Assembly (NCBI GenBank): GCA_963815195.1
Contig: CAWFGE010000023.1
Span: forward strand, 544,001 to 608,000
DNA: 64,000 nt
Direction of reading: 5' to 3'
DNA from: an uncultured Planctomycetaceae bacterium
GTDB taxonomy: Bacteria; Planctomycetota; Planctomycetia; Planctomycetales; Planctomycetaceae
The position numbers and the translations under genes are program-made. Positions 1-11,297 of the stretch are shown here, in pieces (the first letter of the stretch is position 1; each line of letters starts with the position of its first letter). A model generated the notes under the pieces. It saw nothing but the letters and a program-made list of their open reading frames with translations. It did not search any database and had not been told where the DNA came from.

Positions 1-7
1 CGCGGAC

Positions 8-1615
8 TTGGCGAAATCGGACGGCCTGTCCGAGCGCTTGAAGCAAACGGCATCCACTGGGGATGTGACTGTCCGCGTGGAGAATTGGAAAGTCCTCGGC
101 CGGCCCGTTCCCAAAACCACCGGGGACGCGGTCGTCACCGGCTCGGCGAAATATCCCTCCGATGTGATCCGGCCGGAGATGCTCTACGGCAAAGTGCTCC
201 GGCCCAAGGCTTATGGGGCGAAGCTGGAAGCGATCGATCTTTCGGTGGTCGAGGATCAGAAAGATCTCGTCATCGTTCGCGATGGGGAATTCATCGGCAT
301 CGCGGCTCCCACGTCCTGGCAGGCCGCGAAAGCGATCGAGGCGGTCGCGAAAACCGCGAAGTGGATCACCACGCCGCAACCGTCGTCGGCGGAGTTGTTC
401 GAGCATCTCAAAAAGACGGCCCGCGCGGGCGGCGGGTTCGGTCGATTCGGCGGCGGCCGGGCCAACACCTGGGGCAAAGGGCCGGAGGCTCTCCAGGACG
501 CCAAGAAGACGATCGAAAACGCCTACACCGTCGCCTACATCCAGCACGCGCCAATGGAGCCCCGGGCCGCGGTGGCGGAATGGAAGGACGGTGCGCTCAC
601 GGTGTGGACCGGCACGCAGCAGCCGTCCCGCGTTCAAAGCGAACTCGCACAGACGTTTCGCTTGCCGGCGGACCGCGTGCGGGTCATCGTTCCCGACACC
701 GGCGGCGGGTTCGGCGGAAAGCACACGGGCGAGGCCGCCGTCGAAGCTGCCCGGCTCGCCAAGGCCGCGAAGCGTCCCGTCTCCCTCCGCTGGACCCGCG
801 AAGAGGAATTCACCTGGGCCTATTTTCGGCCCGCGGGGTTGATCGAAGTCCGCGGCGGCGTGGACGACGGCGGCGGTCTCGTCGCCTGGGACTTTGCGAA
901 TTACAACTCCGGCGGCTCCGCCATCGAAACGCCCTACCGCGTCCCCCACGGGCGGACGCGGTTTCTGTCGTCCGATTCTCCGCTCAGGCAGGGCTCCTAT
1001 CGGGCCTTGGCGTCCACCGCCAATACCTTTGCGAGAGAATCGGCGATGGACGAACTCGCCGCACTCGCGGGGATCGATCCGTTGGAATTTCGGCTCCGGC
1101 ATCTCCCGGACGGCCGGCTGTTGGACGTGCTCAAAGCCGCGGCCGAGCGGTTCGGCTGGAAGGAAAAACGTTCCCAGAATCGCCCGGCCGGTCGCGGCAT
1201 CGGCTTGGCGTGCGGCACGGAGAAAGGGTCCTTCGTCGCGGCGTGTGCCGAGGTGGAAGTCTCCGGGAAGCGGATTCGCGTCAAGTCCGTTTGCCAGGCG
1301 TTCGAATGCGGCGCGATTCAGAATCCGCTCAACCTCGAGCTGCAGGTGACGGGCGCGATCATCATGGGCTTGGGCGGGGCGCTCTCTGAGGAAATCCAGT
1401 TCCAGGACGGCCGGGTGACGAACGCCGCCTTCTCTCAGTATCAGGTTCCGCGAATGAAAGACGTTCCCGAGATCGACGTGGAACTCGTCAACCGCCCGGA
1501 CTTGCCGTCCGTCGGCGCAGGCGAAACGCCGATCATCGCCATCGCCCCCGCCGTGGCCAACGCCGTCGCCGATGCCATCGGAACACGGCTGCATTCGATG
1601 CCGCTCAAGTTGTGA
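8..1615 (+). CDS. Xanthine dehydrogenase/isoquinoline 1-oxidoreductase family molybdopterin-binding (large) subunit, probably 5'-truncated by the window edge
   Basis: Motifs VTGSAKY, HAPMEP, GGGFGGK, WTREEEF, YRAL...NTFARESAMDELA...DPLEFR, GAGE...IAPAVANA, typical of Mo-hydroxylase large subunits. Confidence 0.9.
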   Translation: MAKSDGLSERLKQTASTGDVTVRVENWKVLGRPVPKTTGDAVVTGSAKYPSDVIRPEMLYGKVLRPKAYGAKLEAIDLSVVEDQKDLVIVRDGEFIGIAAPTSWQAAKAIEAVAKTAKWITTPQPSSAELFEHLKKTARAGGGFGRFGGGRANTWGKGPEALQDAKKTIENAYTVAYIQHAPMEPRAAVAEWKDGALTVWTGTQQPSRVQSELAQTFRLPADRVRVIVPDTGGGFGGKHTGEAAVEAARLAKAAKRPVSLRWTREEEFTWAYFRPAGLIEVRGGVDDGGGLVAWDFANYNSGGSAIETPYRVPHGRTRFLSSDSPLRQGSYRALASTANTFARESAMDELAALAGIDPLEFRLRHLPDGRLLDVLKAAAERFGWKEKRSQNRPAGRGIGLACGTEKGSFVAACAEVEVSGKRIRVKSVCQAFECGAIQNPLNLELQVTGAIIMGLGGALSEEIQFQDGRVTNAAFSQYQVPRMKDVPEIDVELVNRPDLPSVGAGETPIIAIAPAVANAVADAIGTRLHSMPLKL

Positions 1616-2010
1616 GGCCCGGCCAAGTTGATTGCCTTTCGGTTTTTCCCCATATCAGCTGGAACGCGCTCGCGTCCGGTTTCTCCGCTGCAAGAAAATG
1701 AAACCGTGGGCTAGCTCGGGCTTCCTCGGCATCGAATCCATCGACGACATTTATTCGTGAAACACACTTCTCGGCATGTCGGCTGGGAGGCCCGGTTGAC
1801 GAATAGGTTGTAGAATCGGATGGGGGCGATCCGCTGGGGGATTCTCAAGTTCCCCGCGAGAAATACTCGTTTTTGCAGGGGCGTTGTGATACGCTGAGCA
1901 GAAGAAAACCTACCCTTACATCACCTTCGGACCCCCGCGATCTGCTGGGGAAAACTCATTGTGCCAGGCTGCGGAATTCCCCGATGGCCGGGCGCAAGAG
2001 GGAGAAATTC

Positions 2011-5000
2011 ATGGCCCAACCGTTTTTGCGGATCGATCTTTCCAACCAGGCGAAGGACTTTCAGAACACGGTCATCGAAGCGGGTTGGCCGCTGTTGGAC
2101 AAGTCGAACACGAATTATCAAATCCTCCGCAAATGGTTGGGCGGCGCGGTCGCGGAACCGGAGCGGCAGGGGGACGAGGTCGTTTTCTATTTGCGGAACG
2201 AATCCGGGGCGAGAATCGACCAACCGAACGTTTTGAAGGTGAGCGAAAAGGAACTCGCCGGCCCGCTCCAGGGGCAGTTGCAGGGCTTGCTCAAGAAGCT
2301 CAAGTCCGCCGAGCCGAAGAACAGTGCCGAGCGGAACCTGCACGCGATGGCTCTCAAGGAGCTACAGTCGGTCGCTTCGGAGAGCCGGGCGGGTGACCGG
2401 AAGTGCTATCTGTTCAAGTACCGGGACGCCGCCAAGAAATGGCATCTGGTCTGGGCTCCGGGTTATCGCCGGAAGGACGAATTGTCCGCCAACCCCGTCG
2501 TGTGCACCAACCCGGCGTGCTCGCTGTTGTTTTTGCAGCGGGCCAACGGGCCGACCAAGTGCCCCAGATGCCAGAAAACGCCCGGAGCGGCCCCGGCGAT
2601 CGTGGGCGGCGGCGTGCGAAAAAGCCGGCTGCCGTTGGTGCTTGCGCTCTTATTGCTGTTGGCCGTCTTGGGCGGGTGGCGGCTGGTGGTACATGAACCG
2701 CGAGCCGGATGAAGTCAGCGGACCCGCGGAAGCGGCCATCGCCGTCAGCCCGGCCAAAGCCACAATCCCGGTGGGCGGGCAGGTGGAATATATCGTCACG
2801 ATGAAAGACGCCGAAGGCAACGAAAAAATACTCCGCCATACCGACGTGGCCGTGCTCGTCAAGAATCCCAAAATCGCGGTTTGCGATTTGCAATCGAACA
2901 AAGTCTCGGCCCTCTCGCCCGGTTCGACGGTGCTGGAATTTCACGCCGGGAAATATTCCACCAAGGTCACGCTCGTCGTCGAGCCGCCCAAGAATCCGAA
3001 ACTCGTCAAAATCGAGCCGGCCAAGGTCAAGTTGGGCATCGGGACCACGGCGTATTTGAAGCTTGATCGGCGAATATGAGGACGGGCGGAAAGTCGACTT
3101 GACCAAGTCTGCCGACTGGAATTATGAACTCGGACAGGAGGCCCCGGTGTTTGTTTACGCGGGCGCGGTGGAAGGCCAGAAGGAAGGCAAAACCCGGCTC
3201 CGCGCGAGATACCGGGCCACGCCGAAAAGCGAATGGAAGATCGGCGAGGCCGAGATCGACGTCGCCGACCCCAAGTACAAGTCGCTGAAGTTGGCGTTGG
3301 CGTCGCCGAAGTTTTCCGTCGGCCAGGATCCGGGGCTGACGGTCGAGGTGGAAACCGAAGACGGCGAGACGTATTCGGTGCTGGGGTCGGCACTCCTCAA
3401 GCTAGAGGTCTCGCCCCAGGAACTCGCCGAGATCCAAAAAAAACCGGTGTTTCTCGATACGCAATCTACGAAGAAGCCCGGCAAAGGCACGCTGGCCGCG
3501 ACGTTTCGGGGGCTGACCAAGGAGATTCCGTTTGAAGTCACGGGATCGGGCAGCCAGCCGGCGGTGGCGTTCCAGGTCAACCCGCAAAACCTCAAGCTCG
3601 CCGTCGGGGAAATCGCGGATGTCAATGTGTCCCGCGGCACCGGCAACGGCGAAGCCCGCTTCGCCTGTTCCGATCCGGACGTGGTCGAGATCACGCCGCG
3701 GAATCGGCTCATCGGCAAAAAGCCGGGCAAGGCGACGGTCACGGTCTCCCGCGGGGATCAAAAAGCCAAGGTCGAAGTGGAAGTGGAAACGATGGCGTTT
3801 CGGGGATTGGCATTGGAGCCGGCGGAGGTCTCCGTGCGGGTGGACGATGTGGCCGCCTTGCGGGCGATGGGCCGGCTCGACGGCGACGCCCAGGTCGAAG
3901 TCGATCCCAAGATTCTCGATTGGGTGCGATTTCCTGCGGGGGATTATGTGGAAGTCAACCGCGAGGCTCTCGACGTTCGCGGGCTCAAGCCCACGGGCGA
4001 TGATTTCAAAACGCTCACCGTGAGGTTGGGAGAGCACGACGCCACCGCGAAGGTCCGCGTGATTGCCGGCCCGGTCACGCTCGCCTTGGAGCCGGCGGAA
4101 CCCGTCGAACTGCCCGTCGGCCAGAAGCAGCCGTTGACGGTTTACGCCTCCTACGGCAACGGCGAGCGCGTGGAAGTCCCCGCCGACCGCGTGGAGTGGC
4201 TGTGGGATAAAGTCGACGGCTTGACTCTTTCCAACGGCGAAGTCACCGCCGAGGAATCCGACGCCGGCCCGCTGTTGGTGAAAGTGCGCTACCAGGGGCA
4301 GACATCGAACGAGGTTCAAATCAAGTCAGGCATCCGCGTCCCGGTGCGTTTGGCGCTTGCGGCCAACCCGTCGCAGCTGCCGGTGGGAGAAACGGGGCAG
4401 GTCGTGCTTTCGGGGCAAAGTCCCGGCGGAATGCCGGTCGATTTGGACCTCGGCGGCGTGGAATATGTGAGCAAAGATCCGACCATTTTGGAGGTCGATC
4501 CGAAAACGGGTGGATTTCCGCGATCGCCCCGGGCACGGCGACCGTCACGGCCACGCATCCGGCGTCCCGCGATGAAGCCGCCACCCAGGTCCAAGTCACG
4601 CCGAATCAACTGGCTGAGCCCGCGAAGCCCCGAAGCATCCGGCTGATCACCAGCGCGCCGCAGCCGATTGTGCTGCCGGTGGGCGTGCGGTTTGTAGATC
4701 TTAAAGTCGAAGCCGACATTGACGGCACGCCGCAGGATGTCACGGCCGACTCGATTCTCACCGTCGAAGGCGAATCGGAGTCGGCGGCGGTGGCGGTCCG
4801 CAACAATTCGATCGTGGGCATTCGCCCGGGGGAAGCGACCGTCAAAGCCGAGTTCGCCGGGCAATCCGCCGAGCATACCTTGACCTTCAAAGTCACCGAG
4901 ACGCTCGAACTGGATGAACTCCAGGTCGGCCCGCCGCGGGTGACGCTGGTCGTCGGCGAAAATACCCGCCTGGACGCCGTGGGCTTACTGAAGGGCCGGT

Positions 5001-8000
5001 CGATTGGAATCGTCACGGAGCATCCCGCGATCGAATGGAAATCTCGCAGCCCCGAAACGGTCCGCGTGGAAGGGCCGCTGGTTTCCGCGATGGCCCAAGG
5101 CACGGGCGGCGTGACCGCGCAGTTTAACAACATCATCAGCGACGCGGCGGAAGTCCGCGTGGTGGGCGAAGGGGCCATCACGGAGCGATTGACCGTGCAG
5201 CCGGCTTCCGTCACTCTGCATCCGGGGGAATCGCTGGAAGTCGGCCGGGATGTGAAAGTCCTCCGCGGCGATGGCGACCTCAGCCGGCTCGCGACGGTCG
5301 CCCCGGCGAATTCCGCCGTGGTGTCCTACGACGAAGCGACGCGGCGACTCACGGCCGGTTTGCCGGGTCAAACCCGCGTGACCGTCGTCGTGGGCAGCGA
5401 AACCGCCGATTTCCAGGTGACCGTGCTACCGCAAAACCCGCCCGTCGCCGGCGGGCACGTGGTGATCGAACCGGCGAGCGGCGTGGTCGCGGTGGGCGAA
5501 CGCTTGCCGCTCGAAGTGTATCTCATTAGCAAGGACGGCGAGCGGTTCAACATGACCGCCTCGGCGCTCTTGGGCACATCGGATGCCAAGATCGGACAAA
5601 CGTCGACGGGAGCGCTCCAGGGCGTCTCGCCCGGCCGGGTCATCGTCACCGCGCAAGTCCCCGGGGCCGACAGCCCCGCCACCGCCACCTTCGACGTGCA
5701 GAACCTGGAGTTCACCCGGTTGGAAGTCCAGCCCTGGCGGTTCAATCTCTCCGTCGGGCAAAGAGCGTGGTACGAGATTTACGCCGTCGGACCGGCCGGC
5801 CGCAGACAGTTGGGGAACGACCCCGACCTCAAAATCACCCACGAGCATTTCGACGGCCGCCAGGACGCCTTGGGCTGGCCGCACGTAATCGACGCCAACG
5901 TCTCCACCAACGGCAAGACGGAAACGATCACCGTCCAATGGCACGGCCTGGAGGCGAAGGTGCCCTACTTTGTCAGCGACGACCGGATCACGGGGCTCGT
6001 GATTCGCCCGGACGATGCGAGCATTGAATCCGGCGAGACATTGGATTACCAGGTGTTTGTCCGCCGGGGCGGGCGGCTCGATCCGCTGTCGAACCTCGAC
6101 GGCGTGGAACTCGCGGTGGTCAACACGGTCGTCGCCTCGCAAGTCTCCGCGCTTCGTGTGCGCGGGGAAAGTCCCGGAACGACGGAGGTCATCGCCCAAT
6201 ACGCCGGACAGCAGGCCCGGTCCCGGCTCCGCGTGCGACCGCGAACCACGCCGCTGCCGCCGCCCGCCCCTTCGACGGGGATTCGGTTTCTGCTGGCGAC
6301 TTACCAGATGGAGCTCGGCACGCCGGGCGATTCGGTGGAAGTCGTGCGGGTGCATTTGGACGGCACGACGGAAAACGTCTCCGAGTTTGCCCAACTCACC
6401 GCCGACCCGGCGGGCATCGTCGCGATCGACCACGACGGCCCGGTGCCGATGATCAAGCCCCAAAAAATCGGGCAAACGCAGCTCAAGGCCCGCGTGGGGG
6501 ATCTGGTCACCGAGCAGCCGATGCTCATCGAAGTCGTCGATCACTTGCCCGGGCGGCCGCGCGTGGTGGTTCGGCCGAGTCCGCTGGTGCTCGCTCCCGG
6601 CGACCGGCAACCCTTCAACCGCGTGATGGTGATCCCGCCGGGCGGAACGAACGCCAACGGCATCAACGTCCGCGATTACACCGTAACCGCCGCTCCCAAT
6701 GCCATTTTTGAAATCGAGAACGACCACGTGATTCATGCCAAGTCGCCCGGCAGTGCCTTGGCCACCATCAAAGTGAACGATCCCCAAAGCAAATACGACG
6801 GAGAATATACGACCGCCATCGTGGAAGTCGTGGAACCGGCCATGCAAGGGCAAGTGCGGAACGTCGCCAACCTCGAACTCAAAGGCCCCACCGAGACCAC
6901 CGTGGGTTCCGAAGTGGGCTTTCGCGTCGATCTCGTCAGCGGCGGTTCCGGGGAGGATGTCACCAACGATGCCAGCCTCGTCCTGGCCCCCGGCGATGAG
7001 CACTTCGCCGATCTCGAGCCCGGCTGCCGATTGATCGCCAAAGACGCCGGCCTCCTCAATCTCCGCGCCCGCTACAATGGGATGATCTCCAACACCTTCC
7101 AGTTGCGGATCAATCCGATCGCAACCAGTTTTCGGCGGTTGGAACTGGATGTCAAAACCGATCCGATGAGCATCGGCGAAACGCGGAGCTACCGCGTCTG
7201 GGGCTATCCTTCGGGCGGCGGACCCCGGCAGGATCTGACTCGGCTCATCACAAACGATCCCAATCATCGCACGCTGCCTCATATCCGCTTTGCCGTCACA
7301 TCGGGCACCGACCCGGCGGTTCACGAGCCCCCCAGTATCACGGCGCAAAATGTCGGATCCATCTCCCTGCAGGCGGCGATCGGAAACGACCTCGTCAGCC
7401 GCAAACATCCAATCCGCATTCGCGAAAAGAGCCAGACCCCGATCGACCTCTTCGTGCAGCCGAACGCCTTCACCTCGCGCCTGGGCGAGACGACGCCTCC
7501 GCTCAAGGTGTTTGTCCGCTACGCGGGCGTCGCAGCCCCCCAACGATTGAACAACGAACTGGTCACCATCGATTGCCTGGACCGGGAGTATTTGGAGCCG
7601 GTTCAAGACAAACCCGGCCAGTTCAAAGCCATCCGGCCGACCGGCAACAATCCGCCGGCGCAAATCCAGGTCACGTACCAGAACCTGAGCGAGAAGGCGC
7701 GGGTGACGGTCGTCGCCGACCGGTTCCAGAACATCCAACTGGGAGACGCCAACCTGGGTGGGAAAGATTTTGATGTGCCGCTCACGGTCAGCACGCCTCT
7801 TGTGGCGGGTAATCTGGATTATCGTGTTTACGAGCAAGGCAAGCAGCCGAACAATCCCTGGGTGCCGGCGACGGCCCAAGCCGGGATGCAGTTTGCCAAA
7901 CTCAAAACCCCCAGGTTCGCTTACCGCCGCAACAATTTGTATCCTGTAATTATTGAAGCCCGCGACCGGAACAATCCCCAGGACATTCATCAATATCCGT

Positions 8001-8050
8001 ATGGAATCCGTTTGCGAGTCATCCCCAAGAATCCGCAGAATGAAAATTAG
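2011..8050 (+). CDS. Giant (~2010 aa) single-pass membrane protein: SrfA-like N-terminal domain, Zn ribbon, TM helix, many Ig-like (Big_2-type) repeats; split by three apparent 1-bp indels (~2675, ~3062, ~4520)
   Basis: ORFs 1873-2712, 2324-3079, 3063-4646 and 4670-8050 join seamlessly (LAVLG/GGGWWYMN; YLK/LIGEYEDG; GGF/RAIAPGTATVTATHP...IVLPVG). ATG 2011 follows GAGGGAG. CTNPAC..CPRC precedes the hydrophobic LPLVLALLLLLAVLG. Repeated V.P..(L/V).VGE ... G..PG.(A/T).V.A units follow. Confidence 0.8.
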
Positions 8051-8124
8051 GACCGGGCGGCTGCACATCTTGGCAACGAAAAAAGACGCCGCGCGCAGAA
8101 TTCCTTTCTCGAAGAAGCACACCC

Positions 8125-10725
8125 ATGGCATTTCCCGATGATCGCGACCGCGACCTTCAAAAGAAATCGTTTCAAGTGCAGGCGCTGGCGGACGATTTGT
8201 TCGACTGGGTCGGAACGCACAACCGGAAGCGCATCGAAGACGACTTGGGCATCATCCGCACGGGCGAGGAGTTTCGCCTGCTCACGCTCCGCCGGCGGGC
8301 GGCGAGTTTGCACCGCTCGGCCCAAGTCCCCGTCGCCGCCGCGATCTTCGGGGCGTCCCAGGTGGGCAAGAGCCTGTTCGTGGGCCGGATCATCAAGCCG
8401 CAGAATCCGAACTACAGCCCGCTCGGCCGCGACGAAAAAGTCGGCCCGCCGGCTTACGAAGCCAAGCTGTCCTTCGAGCACGACCTAAACCCGAACCTGG
8501 GCGCGAACGAAGCCACGGCCCTAGTGACGCGTTTTACCACGAAGGACCGTTTTGAAAAGGAAGCCTTGCAGGAATTCCCCGTCATGGTTCGCGCCCTGTC
8601 GCGGTCGGAATGGCTCCGCGTACTGGCCCGCGGCTTTCGCTCGCAATGCGAAATGCCCGCCATGCAAAAATGGGAAGACGCCGATCTGGAAGGGCTGTTT
8701 GAAGACGTCACTTCCAATCACGGCGGCCGGGAAATCGATCGGCAGTGGCGGATGGATTTCTTGGATGTGTACTCCTATCTCAAGCGGTTGGACCCGCTGC
8801 GCTACTATTCCGACGAGTCCACCTTCAACGGCCTCTTGAGCCGGTACACGCTCGACGAAACCGGCTACACGGAAATCGCCGCCCGGCTGTGCTGGAATAG
8901 CTGGCCGGAAATCACCGAACTCTTCAGCCGGATCAGCGGATTCCTCGACATGCTCACAGAGACGGGCAAGCCCGGCATCCTGGCGCATTGGGCCGCCGTG
9001 CGGTTTTTGCTCGACAGCCAGCGATTGGCGGAGCAGAGCAATTCCGAATCGCAGGTGTTCCAAACCATCGCCTGGACTGACATCACCGACCGCATGGAAG
9101 ACGGTTGGTACGTGCTGGATTACCAGCCCGGGCAAGGTCCGCCGAGCCTGGCTCCCCGATCCACCGACAACGAATCCCTCTCCACCATTCAATCGGCCCT
9201 CCTGGAAATGGTGATCCCCGTCATCCCCGACCGGCTCACCGCGGAATGGCGGCATGTCTTGGAGCAGATCGACATCCTCGACATCCCCGGCATGCGGGCG
9301 GCGCGGGGCGACGGAGGCGACGGACAAATCACGAAAATCGAGGAGGACCCCAGACGGCGCGTCGGCCAGGAAATGAACATCGTCAAACGGGGCAAAGTGT
9401 TTTATTTGTTCGACCGTTACATCGAGGAACTGCAGGCCCAGTCGCTGCTGATGCTGTTTCGTTACGGGAACCTCGAAGTGTCCGGCTTGCTGAAAGGGTA
9501 CGTCGATCGGTGGGGACAAAGCCGTTACGGGGACAACGTCTGGCCCAAAGAACTGCCAAAAAAAGTCTCCGACAACCCGCCATCGCTGTTTTTTGGAATG
9601 ACGGGCATCGACGAGGAATTCGAAAAAAGCGATCCCAAAAAAGACATGTACAACGCTCGCCTGCAAACGCTCCAGGATACCTTCGTGGAGGTCATGACGG
9701 ATTTCCACGGGAAAGGCCGGCTGTTCCGCAATATCTATCCCATCCGGTACCCCGGCACCTGGGACAACGACGCGTCCCACCGCCAGAAATTCGGCGAAGA
9801 GAAATGGACGATCGCCCGCAAAGCCTTCCTCGAGGCCGAGATGGTGAAGACGTATGTTGAGGCGGCCGAGGAAAAATGGCAGGCCGCCATGCGGGACGGC
9901 GATGGGGGAGCGTTGCTGATCGCGGCGGCGTTCCGGCAGACGACCAACGCCCTCCGCAAGCAGGATGAGCTCAACAAGCGCATCGAGCAAACCCACGACG
10001 AACTCGTGCAACTCGCCCGAAACTGGATCGTGGACCCCAACGCCAACCTCGACCGCGAACGCCGGATGCAAGCGGCCCAGGAGGTTCTGGACTGGTTCGC
10101 GGAAGATCATCAACTCATCTTTCACCGCGTCCAGGCCCTCGAACATTCGTTGTGCTTCCAGCCCGGGGATGTGCTGTTCCTGTCCGACATCGCCGACATT
10201 CACTCGGCGTCGCAGAACCCGCTCGAAGACCTGGAATCCCGGTTCAGCGAGGATTTGCAGTCCTTCCTCCGCGACTGGGGGACCGATTGGGCGCCCGGCC
10301 GCTGGCAGGAATACGTCGGCTGGTACGGCGACGGCAACGGCTGGCTCGAGCCGGAGACCTTCGGCAACCTCTCCCGATATCTCGCCGACTATCTCTGCTC
10401 GCCGGAGATCTTCGACGGCCTCAAAGACCGGCTGCTGAAAGTCGTCACCCTGCGGATTCGCGACGAAGGCGCCAAACGCCAGGCCCGGCGGAAGTTCGTC
10501 CGGCTGGTGCTCAACGATTATGTGATGAACCCCGGCCCCGACACAAGGCCGTTGGACGAGGGCGCCGACCTGTCCGAGCTGCCGGACTTCGGCTTGATGA
10601 CCACCTTCGTGCATCGCTGGATCACCCGCCTGCCCGAAGTCCTCGCCGCCGGCGGCGGAGAAGACATCGGCATCCCCGCCGGCAACGAGGAGCTGTATGA
10701 GATTCTGGAACCGTACGGGGTCTAG
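8125..10725 (+). CDS. srfC: Virulence factor SrfC family protein (P-loop NTPase/GTPase-like)
   Basis: G1 GASQVGKS, NP...EATALVTRFT, G3-like DILDIPG and KRGKVFYLFDRY match SrfC family motifs; adjacent to an srfB homolog. Confidence 0.85.
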   Translation: MAFPDDRDRDLQKKSFQVQALADDLFDWVGTHNRKRIEDDLGIIRTGEEFRLLTLRRRAASLHRSAQVPVAAAIFGASQVGKSLFVGRIIKPQNPNYSPLGRDEKVGPPAYEAKLSFEHDLNPNLGANEATALVTRFTTKDRFEKEALQEFPVMVRALSRSEWLRVLARGFRSQCEMPAMQKWEDADLEGLFEDVTSNHGGREIDRQWRMDFLDVYSYLKRLDPLRYYSDESTFNGLLSRYTLDETGYTEIAARLCWNSWPEITELFSRISGFLDMLTETGKPGILAHWAAVRFLLDSQRLAEQSNSESQVFQTIAWTDITDRMEDGWYVLDYQPGQGPPSLAPRSTDNESLSTIQSALLEMVIPVIPDRLTAEWRHVLEQIDILDIPGMRAARGDGGDGQITKIEEDPRRRVGQEMNIVKRGKVFYLFDRYIEELQAQSLLMLFRYGNLEVSGLLKGYVDRWGQSRYGDNVWPKELPKKVSDNPPSLFFGMTGIDEEFEKSDPKKDMYNARLQTLQDTFVEVMTDFHGKGRLFRNIYPIRYPGTWDNDASHRQKFGEEKWTIARKAFLEAEMVKTYVEAAEEKWQAAMRDGDGGALLIAAAFRQTTNALRKQDELNKRIEQTHDELVQLARNWIVDPNANLDRERRMQAAQEVLDWFAEDHQLIFHRVQALEHSLCFQPGDVLFLSDIADIHSASQNPLEDLESRFSEDLQSFLRDWGTDWAPGRWQEYVGWYGDGNGWLEPETFGNLSRYLADYLCSPEIFDGLKDRLLKVVTLRIRDEGAKRQARRKFVRLVLNDYVMNPGPDTRPLDEGADLSELPDFGLMTTFVHRWITRLPEVLAAGGGEDIGIPAGNEELYEILEPYGV

Positions 10726-10736
10726 CGAGTTGCAAA

Positions 10737-11170
10737 AGCCGCGAAGCGGCGAAAGCATGGACCTGCGGCGTCAAGCGCACGAGTCCGGAGCACTAAACAA
10801 CCGGAATACGCAAAGCCGCGAAGCGGCGAAGGCCAATTCATCAAAATGGATGAACGAGCAAAGCGAGACCAAATCGTTACTCGAATGGCAAAAGAGTTAC
10901 TCCGCTTTCACCGTCAGTTATTCCCGATCGGATTCGGTTCAAAACGATATCCGCAATCAGAAAGAACATCACAGAAAGAAGACGTTTCAGGAAGAATACA
11001 TCGAGTTCCTGAAACGGCACAATATTCCCTTTCAAATGGAATACCTGTTTGAAGGCGAGCATCATGGTTAATGGGAGTTGCTGTCGCCGCTTCGCGGCTT
11101 TTGGGATCTCTCAGGGCTCGGGATCTGCGGGCTGACGCCCGCAGCTATATGCTAGCGCCGCTTCGCGGCT
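10737..11170. mobile_element. Degenerate REP-flanked Y1 (IS200/RAYT-type) transposase element
   Basis: Four copies of AGCCGCGAAGCGGCG (10737 and 10814 on +; ending 11099 and 11170 on -) form two inverted ~90-bp modules around a transposase fragment. Confidence 0.8.
10829..11071 (+). pseudogene. C-terminal fragment of an IS200/IS605-family (Y1) transposase
   Basis: KANSSKW...WQKSYSAFTVS...IRNQKEHH.KKTFQEEY..FLK.H.I; no HUH N-terminal half; the expected catalytic Y of YIxNQ reads D (DIRNQ). Confidence 0.85.
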
Positions 11171-11297
11171 ATTCCTGTCCCGTTACCGATTCGCCATTCG
11201 CTGACAAATAGCAAGATCCAAAATCGAAACGACGAAAAACACAACCGAAATATCACGGCGAAAGATTGAAAAACGACAACGGACAAGGGACCATTTC

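Noticed and set aside
1650..1726. Imperfect inverted repeat (GCGTCCGGTTT ... AAACCGTGGGC) after the Mo-enzyme gene
   Set aside because: Too degenerate and single-copy in the window to call as a REP or terminator
1796..1816. TTGACG...TAGAAT promoter-like pair upstream of the Ig gene
   Set aside because: The spacer is only 9 nt, incompatible with a sigma70 promoter
2660..4530. Programmed frameshifting or phase variation in the Ig gene
   Set aside because: No slippery heptamers or long homopolymers at the shifts, and similar indels occur throughout the window
5426..10758. Long antisense ORFs 5426-8131 (901 aa) and 8521-10758 (745 aa), also 12219-14009
   Set aside because: They are shadow frames of high-GC genes on the + strand, with no recognisable motifs
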